Part shown: positions 23,400 to 24,000 of the stretch, in pieces
Numbering within the stretch: position 1 is the stretch's first letter
Layout: each line of letters begins with the position of its first letter
Origin: Clostridia bacterium
GTDB lineage: Bacteria; Bacillota; Clostridia; Christensenellales; UBA1242
Assembly (NCBI GenBank): GCA_017541375.1
Contig: JAFXZE010000005.1
Coordinates: 126,183-150,182 of the forward strand
DNA: 24,000 bases
Direction: 5' to 3'
Program-made: the position numbers and the translations under genes
The notes under the pieces: model-generated
The model's input: the letters and a program-made list of their open reading frames with translations, nothing else
Database searches by the model: none
What the model was told of the DNA's origin: nothing

Positions 23400-23672
23400 C
23401 TATTCAGCTGGAGCCTTGAGTGCTTTGTCGTACTCGGCAAGGATAAGTTTACTAATCTCGTCCCTTGTCTCGGTGTTTAGTGGGTGAACGATATCCTTAA
23501 AGTTCCCCTCTGGTGTCTTGCGACTAGGCATTGCTATAAACAAGCCTTGGTTGCCCTCAATGACCTTAATGTCATGAACTGCAAAGCATTCGTCAATAGT
23601 GAGTGAAGCAACTGCTTTGAGTTTGTTGTCATCCTTCTTAACGATACGAATGCGAATGTCGGTAATTTTCAT
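23400..23672 (-). CDS. spoVG: Regulatory protein SpoVG
   Basis: [11 protein letters not shown]...[55 protein letters not shown] closely follows the SpoVG consensus (B. subtilis: ...[51 protein letters not shown]). ATG 23672 is preferred over the TTG at 23675 in the track. Confidence 0.93.
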   Translation of the reverse strand: MKITDIRIRIVKKDDNKLKAVASLTIDECFAVHDIKVIEGNQGLFIAMPSRKTPEGNFKDIVHPLNTETRDEISKLILAEYDKALKAPAE

Positions 23673-23737
23673 CAAGTCGATGTACCATCCTTTTTCAAAT
23701 TAGCCAAAAGTAGTATAGCCACTATTTAGCTTAAAAT

Positions 23738-23767
23738 AAGTTTACACATTTAAAATCTAAATGTCAA
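23738..23767 (-). promoter_or_regulatory. Candidate promoter of spoVG
   Basis: On the minus strand: TTGACA (23767-23762), 18 nt, TAAACT (23743-23738). Weaker support than the other promoters; I did not evaluate a sigma-H-type promoter. Confidence 0.3.
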
Positions 23768-23903
23768 ATAAAATTATACCCTTTTTAAAAAATTTTTAGT
23801 AAAAACGGCATTTTTTTCTCAAAATTTTACATTTTTTTATGATTTTTATAAAAAAAACTATTAATTTTTGACATATTTTCAAATTTATGCATAAGAAAAT
23901 ACT

Positions 23904-24000
23904 ATGAAAAAACAGATTTTTTTTTACGGAATTGGGGGCATTAGTATGAGTGCTCTAGCCCACTTATCAAGCCCAAATAACACTATCTGGGGCTACGATG
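23904..24000 (+). CDS. murC: UDP-N-acetylmuramate--L-alanine ligase, 5' fragment
   Basis: MKKQIFFYGIGGISMSALAHLSSPNNTIWGYD matches the MurC N-terminal dinucleotide-binding motif (hFiGIGGiGMSalA..l...G..V.GsD). The ORF runs off the window end. Confidence 0.8.
   Translation, partial: MKKQIFFYGIGGISMSALAHLSSPNNTIWGYD

Noticed and set aside
23400-23672. spoVG looks more G+C-rich (about 45% in the stretch I counted) than its surroundings, which could hint at horizontal acquisition.
   Set aside because: The gene is short, highly conserved and probably highly expressed, which alone can shift composition and codon choice. The difference from other conserved genes here (ileS, prfA) is modest, and no mobility genes are nearby.
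23917-23925. T9 homopolymer in codons 5-7 of murC as a possible phase-variation tract.
   Set aside because: murC is normally essential, which makes on/off switching implausible. In AT-rich genomes Phe-Phe-Tyr (ttt ttt tac) after Ile readily creates such runs.
1-24000. I looked for CRISPR repeats, tRNA/rRNA genes, IS/transposase/integrase genes, phage modules, toxin-antitoxin pairs and signs of an alternative genetic code.
   Set aside because: There are no regularly spaced direct repeats, no cloverleaf-like or rRNA-like conserved segments, and no recombinase motifs in any frame. TAA, TAG and TGA all terminate well-supported genes (for example TGA at 12179-12181 and 4887-4889), while long conserved ORFs such as ileS are uninterrupted.

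Overview
AT-rich (roughly one third G+C by eye) chromosomal segment that looks Firmicutes-like. Evidence: a yabP-yabQ-divIC cluster, spoVG, GGAGG/GAGGTG Shine-Dalgarno sites, and TTGACA-17-TGnTATAAT promoters. Recognisable genes are a type-2-like isoleucyl-tRNA synthetase (ileS), a CNNM/CorC-type transporter, an MscS-family channel, an alpha/beta hydrolase, a fused TMD-NBD ABC exporter, a GNAT acetyltransferase, rpmE-prmC-prfA, spoVG and the 5' end of murC. Between them sit lineage-specific genes of unclear function: two tandem paralogous (lipo)proteins, a GLUG-repeat membrane-anchored protein, a TfoX_N/zinc-ribbon pair, a transglutaminase-like protein, a 755-aa polytopic membrane protein with a ~450-aa Thr/Asn/Ser-rich tail, and four orphan ORFs. 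I see no tRNA/rRNA genes, CRISPR array, transposase/integrase or recognisable defence or toxin domains, and TAA, TAG and TGA all act as stops (standard code). I cannot name a clear novel system from sequence alone. The best candidates for follow-up are: (1) a strongly signalled 19-codon upstream ORF in front of the ABC exporter-GNAT pair; (2) the Thr-rich membrane protein with recurring (Y/F)DxLF(G/S) and PFGG(D/E) motifs and an internal tandem DNA repeat; (3) an orphan-gene block between rpmE and spoVG bounded by three copies of one terminator hairpin; (4) an alpha/beta hydrolase with Gly at the nucleophile position; (5) a compact non-T-box terminator-like leader on ileS. All functional calls rest on motif recognition by eye, not on database searches.
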